In this document: positions 1-12,937 of the stretch, one piece after another
How positions within the stretch are numbered: position 1 is the stretch's first letter
Layout: the number at the start of each line of letters is the position of its first letter
Assembly: GCA_051362555.1 (NCBI GenBank)
Contig: CM120649.1
Span: 6,510,001-6,574,000, forward strand
DNA: 64,000 nucleotides
Origin: Lingula anatina
Taxonomy: Eukaryota > Animalia > Brachiopoda
Reading direction: 5' to 3'
The notes under the pieces: generated by a model
What the model saw: the letters and a program-made list of their open reading frames with translations, nothing else
Databases searched by the model: none
What the model was told of the DNA's origin: nothing
Translations under genes and position numbers: made by a program

Positions 1-491
1 GTGTTCTCATTTTTCAGACGCAAATTTTTTTTACTTGACCTCAAGGTTATGTCGGAAAAAAGGCACGGCTCTAGCGCGTAATGTAAAATTTTCGCCGTAG
101 TAATCCAGGATTTATAAAAAATTATCCTACTATAATTTATGTTTAATTAAAATCAAGTAATGTAATCGAGATAGCCTTAAATGTACCTTACACCAATCAT
201 CAAATAATCGATTAATCAAAAATCCATACACAATGTTCAGTGGATGCATGATGCAATTCATACTATATGTTCAGTTTCTGAAAATAAATTTGAGGAGAAT
301 GCATAATTACATGTACATGAAATTAATGCATTGCCTTTTGCAAATCATTGACCTCTAAGTCGTCTAATTTTTATTCATCAAATTGATAACAAATTACTTA
401 ATTATGAAGAAAATCATGTTGTAGATAAACTATCTCACAAAGATCAATAAACATTTACAATACCTAACATACGCCACAAGACCTGTGACCA

Positions 492-531
<40 letters not shown>

Positions 532-1119
532 CAGTGAATCAAATAGAGAATCAAAACTAATCCAATTCTATATACTTATCTGCTCTGTCAAGCAAGAGCC
601 TATGTAGGGACTTTGAGACTTTGATGTGGCCTTTTGTATAGAGCTCTAGTCTGCTACATGCACGAATTATTCTAACTGAATACAGAATGAAGCGTCATGA
701 TAACCCAAACTAAAGAGCACCCAAAAACCCCGCAACGCTCCACCGCCAAATGCGGATTACTTCTCATTATTAATTAATCATACTAGAGGATCAGAGAGGC
801 GATACCGCCTCCGGATATTGTACCACCAGCTGGAGTAAACGCATTCGAATGGAAACTCCCCCCCCCCCAAAAAAAAGGGGGACACCACAACCAGTCTTGT
901 GCTTAACAAGCTCTGTGCAATAAACTCCATGCAAAGAATTCTCAAAACATGCAAAAAACTAAAAATGGTCCAATCAAGCGGATTTTCCAATTGACCTGTA
1001 TTTTCCTAACACTGATCACTCCTGTGATTTTCTAGACAATAGGCCTATTGGTTTTCCTTGAAATGTGTTATCAGTGTTGCATATATGCTGACAAAAGAGA
1101 AAACCTAGGGGCAACACTG

Positions 1120-1720
1120 GGCATATCTCTGCTAGTTTTGAAGATATGAGGGGCAAGAAAATATGCAAATTGCAGTTCATGGTGAAAAAGTAGGTCAATT
1201 TCAAGGTCACAATATATGACTTCCTATTCAAGTTCAATAGTAACTATGGGCAATCCTTTGTCAATTTTGGAGATATAAAGGCCAGAAAACATGCAAAGTA
1301 CAGTTCATCATAAAAAGTAGGTCAATGGTCAATTTCAAGGTCACAGTTAGATTGCCAGTATATGACTTCCTATTTAGGTTCAATAGTAACTATGGGTGTA
1401 ATTCTGCCAGTTTTCGAAATATAAGAGAAAGAAATTTTGCAAAGTTCAGTTAATGGTGAAAAGTAGGTCAAATGTCAATTGCAAGGTCACAGTTAGAATG
1501 CCAGTATATGACTTCCCACTCAAGTTCAACTGTAACTATGGACGTATCTCTGCCAGTTTTAGAGATATAAGGGCTGGAAATTTTGCAAAGTTCAGTTCAT
1601 GGTGAAAATTTGGTCAAAGGTCAATTTCAAGGTCACAGCTACATTACCAGTATATGACTTCCTATCCAAGTTCAATAGTAACTATGGGTGTATCTCTGCT
1701 TATTTTTGAGTATTTCACAT
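1120..1720. repeat. Tandem array of ~120-bp units (about 5 copies), probably internal to a non-autonomous transposon
   Basis: GGTCAATTTCAAGGTCACA...TATATGACTTCCTATTCAAGTTCAATAGTAACTATGGG recurs at ~1192, 1327, 1473 and 1619 with a 120-145 bp period; related AAGGTCAA motifs lie in the flanks (~2097-2112). Confidence 0.8.
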
Positions 1721-2821
1721 TTTATTTTCACCACTGAATATTGGATGTTGAACTTTTGATATAGTGCAATGCTTAAGCCGTATAGAAAACAAAAAAATGG
1801 ACATCACTACCAGTGTTGCACTTGACAAGTTCTACAAAATGCAAAACACAAGAGGTCTCTAGCATTAACGGTTCCATAATCAGAGAGTTTTCAGTTTTGG
1901 CTTCTAATGGCCGCTACTACCAAGAAAATGCACCGATTGACCCCAAACTCATGAAAATGAAAGATGACCCTTAGGGTAACACCTGACCATAAATATTATA
2001 GGTAAGGTCTGTTTAGTTTCTAAAAATCGGCTGAAAAATTTTTTCTCGCCAAAAATTCCCATTTTTAGAAAATTTTGGCCTGTTTGACCTTGAAATAAAG
2101 GTCAAAGGTCAAATCCAAGGGTATATTTGAAATCCTCACATATGACTTTCGGTCAGCCATCTGTAGAAATTTTTCCCATAATTCCATCCGTTTGGGAGAT
2201 ATTTAGCATTGAATTTTCAAAAATTTTGACAAGGGTGCGTTTTAACGAGCGTCACGCCCAGGCCAATGCACCGACTGAGACAAAAAAAAAACCTGGGGGT
2301 TCAAGTTGAGATTATATGTGACCTAAATCCAAGAGATGGGGACACAGGTCCTTGCGGTCTAGGAGGAGAAGCGGTAACGGTGACTTGTACGTATCCCACG
2401 TCATCCTGCGGAGCCGTAGGAGCCGCAGGAGCCGGCGGAGCTGTACGAGACAGGTCGGGACTAAAATCATGAGTACCGCCAGCGTACACGCCACCAAAAT
2501 GTAATCGCTTCTAAGCAGGTCCATTTCTGAGTTATCCTAAACAGTTAATCAGAATGGGCCCATGACGTTTTGAGTTAGGATATGACTTGCAAACAAACCA
2601 AGGGCAAAAACGGAAGCTTCTTGGAGGGGGTCATGACGTCCACATAACTATTTCAAAATAATTTTGCTGAATAGTAAAACTGTAAGCATTTTAAAAACTT
2701 TACAATAACTAAAAACGATAAATTACAAAACAACAATGAAAAATCTTTGATATCCGACTAATTATTGATAAGTCATAGTAGTGCCCAATCCTATATCATT
2801 CTTATATGATCTAACCCATAG

Positions 2822-3831
2822 TTAGAACTCCCACACCGCTGCCACCAGCGCCATTAACATCAAAAGTGTAACGTTACCGACAGGACTGGTTCCTCGGTTC
2901 TGGCTCGGGGTTGAGAGAGTGGTCGTTCCATAAAATGGCGGCACGGAGCTGTGGATCGTTGTGTTCTTCATGCAGGCAGAGAACGATCCTGAGCGTATAC
3001 CCACTGGTCCTCCGGAAATCTTCAACTGCACGTTTTGTAGAGCGTTTTCCATCCATGCTTGTATTTGGTCGAATCTGTTGCGACCTTCCTCGTAGTCGGC
3101 TAGTCTCACGCGAAGAGTGACCATTGTTCCAAGGACAAAGGCGATGGGCTTGTTATCCGCGCCGTGTTTCTGACTACAGGTATAAACACGTGCCTGAACA
3201 GCTCTCAGTACAGCTACCAACCGACCATCTCGTATAATATCTTCACAGTCATCTCTTGGTGTTGGAACCCAGCCACACGGTTCAAAATGTAAGAGAACGG
3301 ACGACCGCACTACCGTAAAATTGTACAGAAGGGGGCGGCAGCCCTGGGCATCAGGAATAAAACCAGGGGGACACACTATCTGCTGATCTTCAGGCTGGAA
3401 AAAAGACACGTGTGCAGATGTAAATTGTATATACATGTACATGCAAGGTTTTACGCCATACGGTTCAGGACGGCAGTTTACATCCACAAAGTCGAGAAAA
3501 AAACTTCTGACAATAATTACATCAGAATATTAACATAACAAATGCGGGAAAGAATTAATGAAGTAATAATTTACAATCTTTGTATCTAAATGCAATCATC
3601 ATCCTCATTATTAATGATTACTGCAGTTCTTTTCTCACCCTAGTCATGACGTCATCACTCTGTTCCTTGTCTTGGTCTCCCAGGTACAATAGGGCGCGGA
3701 GAGAAAGACCGAAATATCTTTCCGGTGGCGGTGTTAAATTCTGATCTGAATATAACATTAAATTTAGTGAATTAATAAGTGGACATGTAAGCTTGGCAGA
3801 CATGATCAGCTACGTGTTCTTCAGCCGGCCT

Positions 3832-3874
<43 letters not shown>

Positions 3875-6800
3875 TGCATATCTCAAATAAGTACAGATCT
3901 CAACAAAAAATACAAAATTTATAAATAACTAAATAAAAATCACACTCACTCTCTCACTCACTCACTCACTCACAAAGAGACACTCAGTCATTTGCAATAT
4001 ATATATATGTCAACAACGATATATTGATAACCTTATAGTAAAATACTTAATAATACTTAATAAATAATATGATCTAATACAGATAAAAACAAATATGTGT
4101 TTTACTATCAAATATCGGCAGGGGAACATACGCAGATAGAAGATATCAGTCCAGGAAGAGAGGCTGCAGCTTTTTCCATTTTTCATTAAATTTATCTATT
4201 GTCATGTTTCTCAGACTTATATTTCTCTCTGCGATGTAGGCCTGTCTCCATTCTATTTTAATATTTTCTATGTTCGGGGTAATGTTTTTCATTTTAAATT
4301 TATATATAATAAATTTTGTTATGATCAGCAAACTGTTGAGCGCATTGCATTTCAAATTTGGAATTCCTAGAATTATATCAGATGCTGTTAATTGTAATAC
4401 AAGTCCAGTCTTTAAATGGATCCAGTCTTGTATTTTTGCCCAAAGGGGAGCAATTACTTTGCACTCAATAAATAAGTGTTGAAGAGTTTCAGAGTGTTCG
4501 TTACAGAAGGAGCAGGTCTCTGTGTCTTTTATCCCAATTTTTCGTAAAAAATTATTTGTAGCTAAAATTCTGTTTGATACTCTAAATTGAAACCAGCGCA
4601 GTTTAGTATCTAAAGTACATTGGAAAGGAATGTTATTCAAGATTTTCCACTCTTCAGCTGTGAAAGGTTCTTTAGGAGTTCCCATTTTGACATTGCATTA
4701 GTCTTTTTCATTTCGTTTGAGTTCAAAATATTGTAAAAAGGTTTCCCCCCTTTTGTAAATTTTAATAGCCATTTAAGTTGGGTTGAAATTATAGGGAGCT
4801 CAATTTTTTCGTGTAAATTGTCTATATTCATTTGTTTTTGAAATTTTTTTACTGCGCATAGTATACTTGTGAACGTAACATAATTTATTATATTCCCGTG
4901 CCTTTCCTTGAACTGTTGGTATGTGAGGTAATTTCCCTGTGTATCGATCAAGTCATTTATGTTTCTTATACCTATTTTATTACAGGTTCTTATAAGAATA
5001 GGATTTTTTTTATCCTTATTTTATCATTTAGCCATAAACATTCTTTTAAAAAATTTTCTTTTGTATCAATCTTTTTATTCTTTAACAGTCTGCACCATGC
5101 ATCAATGACCTGATTCCAAAAAGCATTTTTTGATCCGTTCTTAATTTTTTGCATTTCAGACATTCCCATTTCAGACCAGTGTACACCCTTACTTTCAGGG
5201 ATCAGACTAATGAAAAAGAAAGACCATTTTGAATTTTTGTGCATGATTCTCCTGAGCCATGAATTTTTTAGGGAATCAATATAGTTGCTAATATCGGGGA
5301 CTTTTATACCTCCATTTGAGTACGACTGTGTCATTATATCTCGTTTTACTCTTTCAATATTTCCATTCCATATGAAATTAAAGCACATTTTTTGTATTTT
5401 GTCTACATATTTGTTTGGTATTGGCAATGTGGAAAATAAATGAGTCATTTTTGGAAGGATCAGTGATTTAAAAATTACATTTCTCCCCAAAACTGTTAGC
5501 GATCGGTGAGTCCATTGTTTCATAATTCTTTCCATATCTTCGAGTTTCTCTCTATAATTTTTCTCAATCATTTCATGTAAATTTACTGAGAAATCTATTC
5601 CAAGGATTCTGAAAAAACGTTCATTCCAATCGAGATTCAACTCTTTACACATGCTCTCTTGTGAGTCTTTCTTGCTTCCGAACCAGTTTAATTTAGTTTT
5701 TTGATTGTTCATTTGTAGTCCAGAAAATTGGGAGAATTCATTTAGAACCTTTAGGGTATTACTTAAACTTTTTTCAGACCCATCCAACACAATAGTTGTG
5801 TCATCAGCATACTGGGAGATGAGAAAAGTTTTATTATGTATTGTAATGCCTTTTATGTCTATTTCATTTTTTAACATGATACTTAGTATCTCAGCACAAA
5901 GAATGAAAAGGTAAGGGAAGATGGGATCCCCCTGACGGCAACCCCGAGAAAGATTGAAGAAAGAAGAGGCAAAACCATTAACCAAGACACACGAAGAGGA
6001 GTCTTTAAGGAAGAGTTTTATCCATTTTATGATAGATTCTCCAAAGCCAAAGAATTCAAAGGTTTTTTCGATAAAACCCCAGTCGATTGAATCGAAAGCC
6101 TTAGCAAAATCGATTTGCATCAACAGACCTGGTATTTCATGTGCGTCACAGTATTCAATTAAATCGAAAATGGTCCGTGTATTCTCACCTATGTATCTGC
6201 CCGCCATAAACCCATTTTGGTCTTCATTTATTAATATTGGTAATACTTTCTTTATTCGATTCGTTATACATGTCGAGGCGAGTTTATACACAACATTAAG
6301 TAGTGATATCGGTCTTAGGTTTTTTAACGAGTTGGTAGGCCTATTATGTTTAGGTAGAAGGACGATTATTCCCCGGGTAAGAGTTATAGGTAGTTTGTCT
6401 TTTTCGTATGCCTCGTTTATACATCTTATTAAAAAACTATTCAGTTCTTTCCAAAAGAATTTGAAAAATTCGTTAGTAAACCCATCGGTACCGGCCGGCC
6501 TGGTTGTTGTAGTTTACACAACTAGATATATTTGCTTTAGAACCGCGTTTACATCCGCAACAGCTGGATCGAGCCAATATCGCTAAAATGCTTTCAGTGT
6601 ATACATGTAGTAGTCATCCTTATTGTCTGACACGCATCCTTGAGTACCTATTGAATTAGCTAATAAGGGGCACCGGAGGAGACGAGAATTTATCAGAATT
6701 GTGCCGGAAGCTGATCATGTCTGCCAAGCTTACATGGTGTAAGACGCGAAGCTGGGTGGTCACTTTTAGCTGGAGGTGAACGGGAGTAAAGTCGTGGACT

Positions 6801-9800
6801 CGGAGAAAAAAGCAGTTTTTCTAACAACACGGTAAGATAACAATTTTAATTTTATGCATTTTGGACAGAGAATACTTGTAGAAATAATTGGAGCATGATA
6901 TGAAAACGTGTCGCGGATTTTAAGGGTGAAAAATCGTGCTTTATTTGCAGACAATTTGTACTGAAATATATGCTGCATCGACCGCCGGCGCAACAAAGAG
7001 CGTCAAGGAAAAATTCCCGAGAGTCTATTTATCGTTGTCATGTGGAATTTTTGCATAAGTCCAATCGGTAAGCCCATATCTAAGTATTTTTGGGTGTTTT
7101 ATGGTATGTGCTGCAATTATTACGATGTTTTAGAGTCGTTGAAGGCCCTTGTGAAAACCAGGAAGTAGTTTGCAACTGACAACTGAACCGTACCGATCCA
7201 AGACTGCTGTGCAAAGATATATCTTTTTAAAAATATTGTGACAATTTTTAGACGTTTATATGTCTATCTGACATGAAATTCCACACATAGGATGGGCACT
7301 AATCAGTGACAAATGCCAAGACAAGGGTGACGTTCTGACAGCCTCTTTTCTGAGCTAAAAAATCACTAGCAAAAGATAACGGCTATCAATTGCCTCAGGC
7401 TGGCAATCAATAGCCTTGAGAAACTGGTCACGTTATATTTTATCTACCTGTCAGAAGCGCTTTTCCAACTGAGTATTGCATAATAATGTCAATTAATTAT
7501 AACTTATGCTAGTATTATTTACCTGTCAGCTTTGTGATCGACTCACCTGAATTCTCTTAATCTTTTGGGGAGGATCTTATCAGTGAAAAGCTTACACCAT
7601 TGAAATGTTATACTTGTCCGATGAATGCATCATTTTCTTTCTATGCAATTAAGATTTTAAAAGGTGCAATAGTGTGGAAATGTCTAGTGAAGTCGAGCAG
7701 TGCCCTTGCAGCAAGGTGACAAACCCAGAAACTGAGATGGTGGCATTGTCAGAAATGACACAAACTCCTTCTAGTTGTAAATACATGTACATTGATCTCA
7801 CTAAATCTTAATCAGATCATGATTACTAGTACTTATAACTTTTGCAGCAACGTTGTTTTACCAAGAGCACATTACTTATTTTTCATATTATTAGATTATT
7901 TACTTACTTTATCTACTTCAACTTGAAAAGAACTAGATATTTTTTTCCATTTTCTTTAGCTCCTAGGAGCTGATATTGAATTAAAAGTGACATAATTTAT
8001 ACCGAACAATTAATTACATATAAGCATCTGAACAACCAAAGTGCATTTTGATAGGTACTTAGCTGTAAATATCATTTAATGCCAATCCGGTACTTGTGAT
8101 TTTTGGCTCATATAAGAGGCTGTCAGAACGTCACCTTTGTCTTGGCATTTGTCACTGATTAGTGACTACCCCTGTGTCATAGGTGAATAAGTGTGATCAT
8201 ATGTGTGGAATTTCATGTCAGATGGACATACAAACGTCTAAAATTGTCACAATATTTTAATAAAATATACGTCTTTGCACAGCAGTCATGGATCGATACA
8301 GTTCAGTTGTCAGTTGCAAACTGTATACCTCCTGGTTTTCATAAGGTCCTTCAAGGACTCTAAAACATCATAAACTATTAAAATTTTTTATGTACGTCAC
8401 TTTGAATCCACGCTCAATCCCAAGCTGCAAAAACTAATATAACTTAACTCGGAGTGCTAATGACTCTCTTCATATCTCCACAAAAAAAATTAGCCATTTT
8501 CTTTGTGATATTATTGGCGGAATTGAAATATACCATTTATCGAGGGAGCAAATGCCAAACCTCAAGAAAACAAAAATGTTATCCTCATCAAGCGTATTTT
8601 ATTTCTTAGGTACCACAATCGTGCTAGTCGTGATTACGAAGGAGGCAAGGAAGATTATTGAAAATTATTCGTGCCAATAATACACGGTTCTAATTTTTTT
8701 TACATAAGACGTTCCTTATATATTTAAACGTACCACTTACCTTCACAGAGTAGAAAATCACCCAGATAACACACCATACAGTGGTAGTTCTTGTAACTTG
8801 GATCAAAACCGCCAATGACAACAGGGTTGTTGTATGCCATACAGGCATCTCGTAAAGCTGAGTGCAAGGGGAGTGGATGAGGTAATTGACGCACACTTCC
8901 ACTGACAACACTGAACTTGCAAGGGCCGAAGACATCGTCCTCAACTTCCCTGAAGCATGTTCTTAAATTCCATTCCGGTTTTGGCTCAAAAATAACATTA
9001 CCTCCTTTATCTTTTAGTCTTTTTAACACGCAATCCGAGGAGCTGCAATCTGCAAAGAGGTCTAATGGTGCGTTTTTAGTGGAATAGACGGCGAGTTCCC
9101 ACGGTTCCCCATCGCCCTTGACATCATTACAGGTTGCACAGTACTTGTTTCTGAAGGTAATCATTGTATCTGGGTCGGTGACTGGCTGGTACAATAGCGC
9201 GTCTTCTGTGAGGCTAGTATTTGAGGTATCAGTGCACTTGATAAGACTTTCCTCTTCCAGCCAAGTCGTCGGACACTGGTCCACCATCCAAAAACTCAGT
9301 CCAAAATTATCCACAAAGGGTAATGTGGTTTGTTGGTTTTTTCGATATAATGTTGGACTTCTTCTACAGGAGCTTTTATGTGCCAGAGAAATAGACACAG
9401 GGTCGACTTGTTTTTTCCCCCATAACAAAGAAAATGTTTTGTTAGGGGATGCAGTCGAGATGGTGCTGTCACTTTGAGAATCTGTTGCGTTGGTTCCAGG
9501 AACCGTTGCAGATTGCATTGTGTCGTGTGTCCTTCTTAATCTGACAGAGGCAGCGCAGACAGTCGCATTCTCTGTCACCCCATAACAGCAGTCACCATAC
9601 AGGACACACACAGGATCGCAGTAGCAGTGGACCTGGATCCTGAATTTACCTTCCCTTGCACAGAGCCATCTATACGGCGTCAGAGTCACGTCTGGGAAAG
9701 AAGACGTTTCACTGCCGTTGTCAGATATTTCTTGAAATGTATCCTTTTGACTGGGGGACTCTTGTGTGACTTCATTGTGTATTCCACCCTTAGTTGTTGG

Positions 9801-10289
9801 CGTCTTTTGTGTGACGTGCACGTGCATTGCCACCTCAGTAGTGGGCGACGACTTCTGTGTGATTCCCTCTTGAATTCTACCCTCATCAGAAGACAACTCT
9901 TGTGTGATTCCCTCTTGAATTCTACCCTCATTAGTGTACGATTCTTGTGTGATTTCCTCTTGAATTCTACCCCCATCAGTGGACGACTCTTGTGTGATTC
10001 CCTCTTGAATTCTACCCTCATCAGTGGACGACTCTTGTGTGATTCCCTCTTGAATTCTACCATCAGTAATGGGCACCTTTTTAGTGGTTATCTCTTGCAC
10101 TCCATCTCTAAGACGTCCTGGGTCCCTCGTGAATTCCGCAAGCGTCCAAATCTCAACGTTGGGCGACTTTTGGGCTAATCCGGCAAGTTGACCATTTTCA
10201 TGGGCAAGCTGAAGAAATATCAGCGCGCATAAAGTAAGGCGGATGATCATCGTGTTTTGAATTCGAAATCTCTGTGCTGCGTTGCACAT
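2822..10289 (-). CDS. Secreted/GPI-type protein with somatomedin-B-like and Cys-rich domains (~742 aa, 3 coding exons)
   Basis: Exons 10289-8741 (donor GAAG|GTAAGT, phase 1), 3745-3639 (TTCAG|, AGG|GTGAGA, phase 0) and 3394-2822 join into one 2229-nt frame. Hydrophobic signal MIIRLTLCALIFLQLA; 15-aa acidic repeats; SMB-like CYCDPVCVLYGDCC; Cys-rich FWMVDQCP...PVTD...FRNKYCATCN and a second YNNPV...YKNYHCMVC; terminal hydrophobic tail VTLLMLMALVAAVWEF*. Confidence 0.8.
3784..6736. mobile_element. Small non-autonomous inverted-repeat element (MITE-like, ~280 bp without insert) interrupted by the LINE
   Basis: Perfect 28-bp inverted repeat CATGTAAGCTTGGCAGACATGATCAGCT at 3784-3811 and 6709-6736; the outer CATG could be a TSD. 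Confidence 0.65.
3836..6493 (-). mobile_element. 5'-truncated L1/Tx1-clade non-LTR retrotransposon (RT + zf-RVT, two frameshifts, 3'UTR, poly(A))
   Basis: Minus-strand frame starts at GTDGFTNEFFKFFW...LRPISLLNVVYK and continues with QNGF, DFAKAFDSI, GCRQGDP and QYADD (ORF 4990-6291). It resumes in 4637-4951 and 4146-4685 (CSFC..ETLQHLFIEC zinc knuckle). Poly(A) appears as the T-run 3834-3872; 12-bp TSD GCCGGCCTGGTT at 3824-3835 and 6494-6505. Confidence 0.93.
7121..8373. mobile_element. Long-TIR / foldback-type element in intron 1 of the SMB gene
   Basis: ~250-bp imperfect inverted arms 7121-7366 and 8096-8373, e.g. AATCAGTGACAAATGCCAAGACAA / TTGTCTTGGCATTTGTCACTGATT and TTGCAACTGACAACTGAAC / GTTCAGTTGTCAGTTGCAA. 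Confidence 0.75.
9850..10075 (-). repeat. Coding 45-bp tandem repeat (GRIQEGITQESSTDE), ~5 copies
   Basis: TGTGTGATTCCCTCTTGAATTCTACC recurs with a 45-bp period in exon 1 of the SMB gene. Confidence 0.9.
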
Positions 10290-10618
10290 AAGTGACGCAG
10301 ATCAGCGTTTTTTGGTCATTTATACGTCTCCCACTCTTCTAGGAAGATACGATTTCTATCTGCTGAGCAAAAAATTACCGAAACACGTTGTCGGCCTTGC
10401 ATAAGTCTTGAGGTATACATTCGAGTAGCGTGCCTTGAGAGCTGACAAACAAGAATACTTAGAGTCACGGTAGGATATGCCGTTGTAACCGTCACGCTAA
10501 TTGGAATAATTAGTTTATTATTTCGAGGAATCCACGTCAACAAGAGTTCATGAGTTGGAGATCACCGCCGTCTTGTTGATCACCCAGTGTGTTTTTTTTA
10601 TGTGTGACATAATGAATT

Positions 10619-10845
10619 CAGGGGCGGATCCAGAATGGGGGGTCCGCGGATGCAAAGCCGCCCCCCCCTTCCTTGGCGTGGGGTTCGGAGCCTGCTGAAT
10701 TTTGGTAATTGAGAGGGCGAAAGGTGCGATGTGATTCACCTTGTCAAAATTCTAATTTCAAGAGGAACCACTTTCTTTTAGAAATCGAAGGTCGAAACCC
10801 CTCTGAATCCCCCCCCCCCCTCAAAAAAAAAAAAATCCGCCACTG
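10619..10845. mobile_element. MITE with CAGGGGCGGAT-type termini
   Basis: CAGGGGCGGATCC at 10619 and AATCCGCCACTG ending at 10845; same terminus type as 52447-52614; TSD degenerate. Confidence 0.6.
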
Positions 10846-12937
10846 AATGCAGAGATTTCCAGTAGCGAGTGATTAGAACGCAACTCTCTTCATCAACTTT
10901 TGTACAGTACACGGTATGTCTTTAATCATACATGCAACGAAAAAAATGAAAAAAATACACTGGAATGAACCCAGGGCTGTCCGTGTACCACCTCTACACA
11001 AACCTGCGGAACAGAAATGGTAGAACAAGAAATGGCAGCTCAGAGTCCCATGGAATCAGTACAAATTATGGGTTAGCAGAAAGTATTGGGGTTTTTAATG
11101 GGACACAAAAAGTTTTGCCCTTATAGTCTTCATATGATGCTTGTGGTTTTATGCGTGACATTTATAAGTTGCTGTCTTATTAACAAGATGTTACTTACGA
11201 TCATAGCACGTGCTAGTCTTGCGCATTGCGTTCCCGGCACCTAAGGCTTGGTAATAAGGTACCCCTTGACAGACCGATAACAAGCTGACAGCCTGTTGAT
11301 CCTAGCGATCCTATTAGAGATCATGTTTTGTTAGGTACGGTGATTTCTTCGAAGAGGAAGGTGAATGGTTCATAACACGAAAACAAAGTGAAAAAACCCA
11401 AGCACTTAAAAATCCCTTTATATATTTTCTAAAATCTATGGAATTATTATGATCTCGAAATGAATTATTTGGCAATCCATGAAGAGTTGGATGAATACAT
11501 TAACATAATGGCACAGTCTGATAATATTACTAAAAACAAAAATAAGAATATTCATAGCGATTTAAACTCTAGATAGAATTCCATTATATACAATGCAAAT
11601 GTAAACAGATTAAACAACTAAAAGTTTTTAAAGTTTACCAGTCAACTTTGACTCTTGTATGTTGCACTTATAGAACAGATCATTACCGGCCTGACACCAA
11701 TTACAGGTTTTTGAAATATATAAATCGCACCGATATTCCCCTCTTGAAATTAGAACTTTGACAAGTTAAACCATAGTTCTAAACTGTACCAAAGGGCCCT
11801 GTTTGCTGTAGTAGTTTTCAAAGTAAACAACGGAGGGCGATTACAGAGCTCCCTCTGTTATTACTATCTGTTTCTACGTAAGGTTCAATATCCCTTTCGT
11901 CAATCTAGCAGAAGCAAACAACAAGTCGTGGATTTCCAACCAGCTTTATTCCCACTGCTTAAGTTTTATCCAGTCAAACCACTACCAGTTTTTTTTTTAT
12001 CCGACCATTTCTTAAGCTATTAAAATAACACAGATGCTTATATGACAATACTGAAATTTTACTTAGCTTTAAGAGACGGGGCTAGGGTCACGAGATACAT
12101 GTGATCAAAGTTGCGCGCTACGAGTACGTGCGCCAAAGCATCCAAAGAGGCACCGTCGCATCTCTTACTTGATAGATCCCAGGGTTCTTAGTTTAATTGT
12201 GATAAAAAAATTAAGCTCTTAACTGATTCTTTTTTGTCCTCAGTCAGTTCTTGCAATTCTTGAGAGATTCTGAACTCAGCACAAAAATTTCGAACTAGTC
12301 TTCTGTTTATCACCAGGTGATGTCCATACTTCAGTTCTAGGGCAAATACTATCTATGGCTGCTCTGTGTTGAACATACATTCTGAAAGTAAGCCCATGCA
12401 GGGCCAAGAGTTCTGCCAGAAATATGCAAAATTCCACGATTTCTCATGATTTCTAAAATTAATCAATTCCGGGCGGTTCGTGGAATTCGTACAGTAGTCG
12501 GTGTGGAATAGGGGAACTTCCCCATGACAATTATTGCCATCAGAGGATTACAGCTAACTAGATACCTGCTGTGCTTACTGCGACTACCTGGTACTGTACT
12601 GGTGCTCACACCCTTGGATATATAAAGTAGTGTTTCATTAGCTGGATATTTTATTATAGAATAAAATCTTTTATTTGAAAGCCGTTGTGGTTGTAAGTGT
12701 ATGTAAACTACGTGTATACGGCGGTGGTGCAACTGGCTGTGTATGGAAGCTGCAATATCCATTAGAAGGTGGTCGGTAGGGTTCTGTTGGTAATAACGTT
12801 ATTAATTATTAAGTAACCACAGTGGGAGCAGTATTTTATTGTTAAAACAGTAGGTCGAGAACTCTACATGGGTATAGATTATTATTTTTTCTTGACGTAT
12901 TATTTTCATTAGCACGGAATCAAAGTGGTTTCTAAGG

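Noticed and set aside
2301-2524. Pro/Ala-rich short ORFs downstream of the SMB gene
   Set aside because: Driven by a 9-bp GGAGCCG(C/T)A micro-repeat; no domain and no convincing splice context.
4670-5012. Programmed frameshifting in the LINE ORF
   Set aside because: L1 ORF2 does not use it and the copy is truncated; the shifts are decay or homopolymer sequencing errors.
5954-6586. 210-aa plus-strand ORF
   Set aside because: Antisense shadow of the LINE reverse transcriptase.
9627-10178. 183-aa and 125-aa repetitive ORFs
   Set aside because: Alternative frames or strand of the 45-bp coding repeat in the SMB gene.
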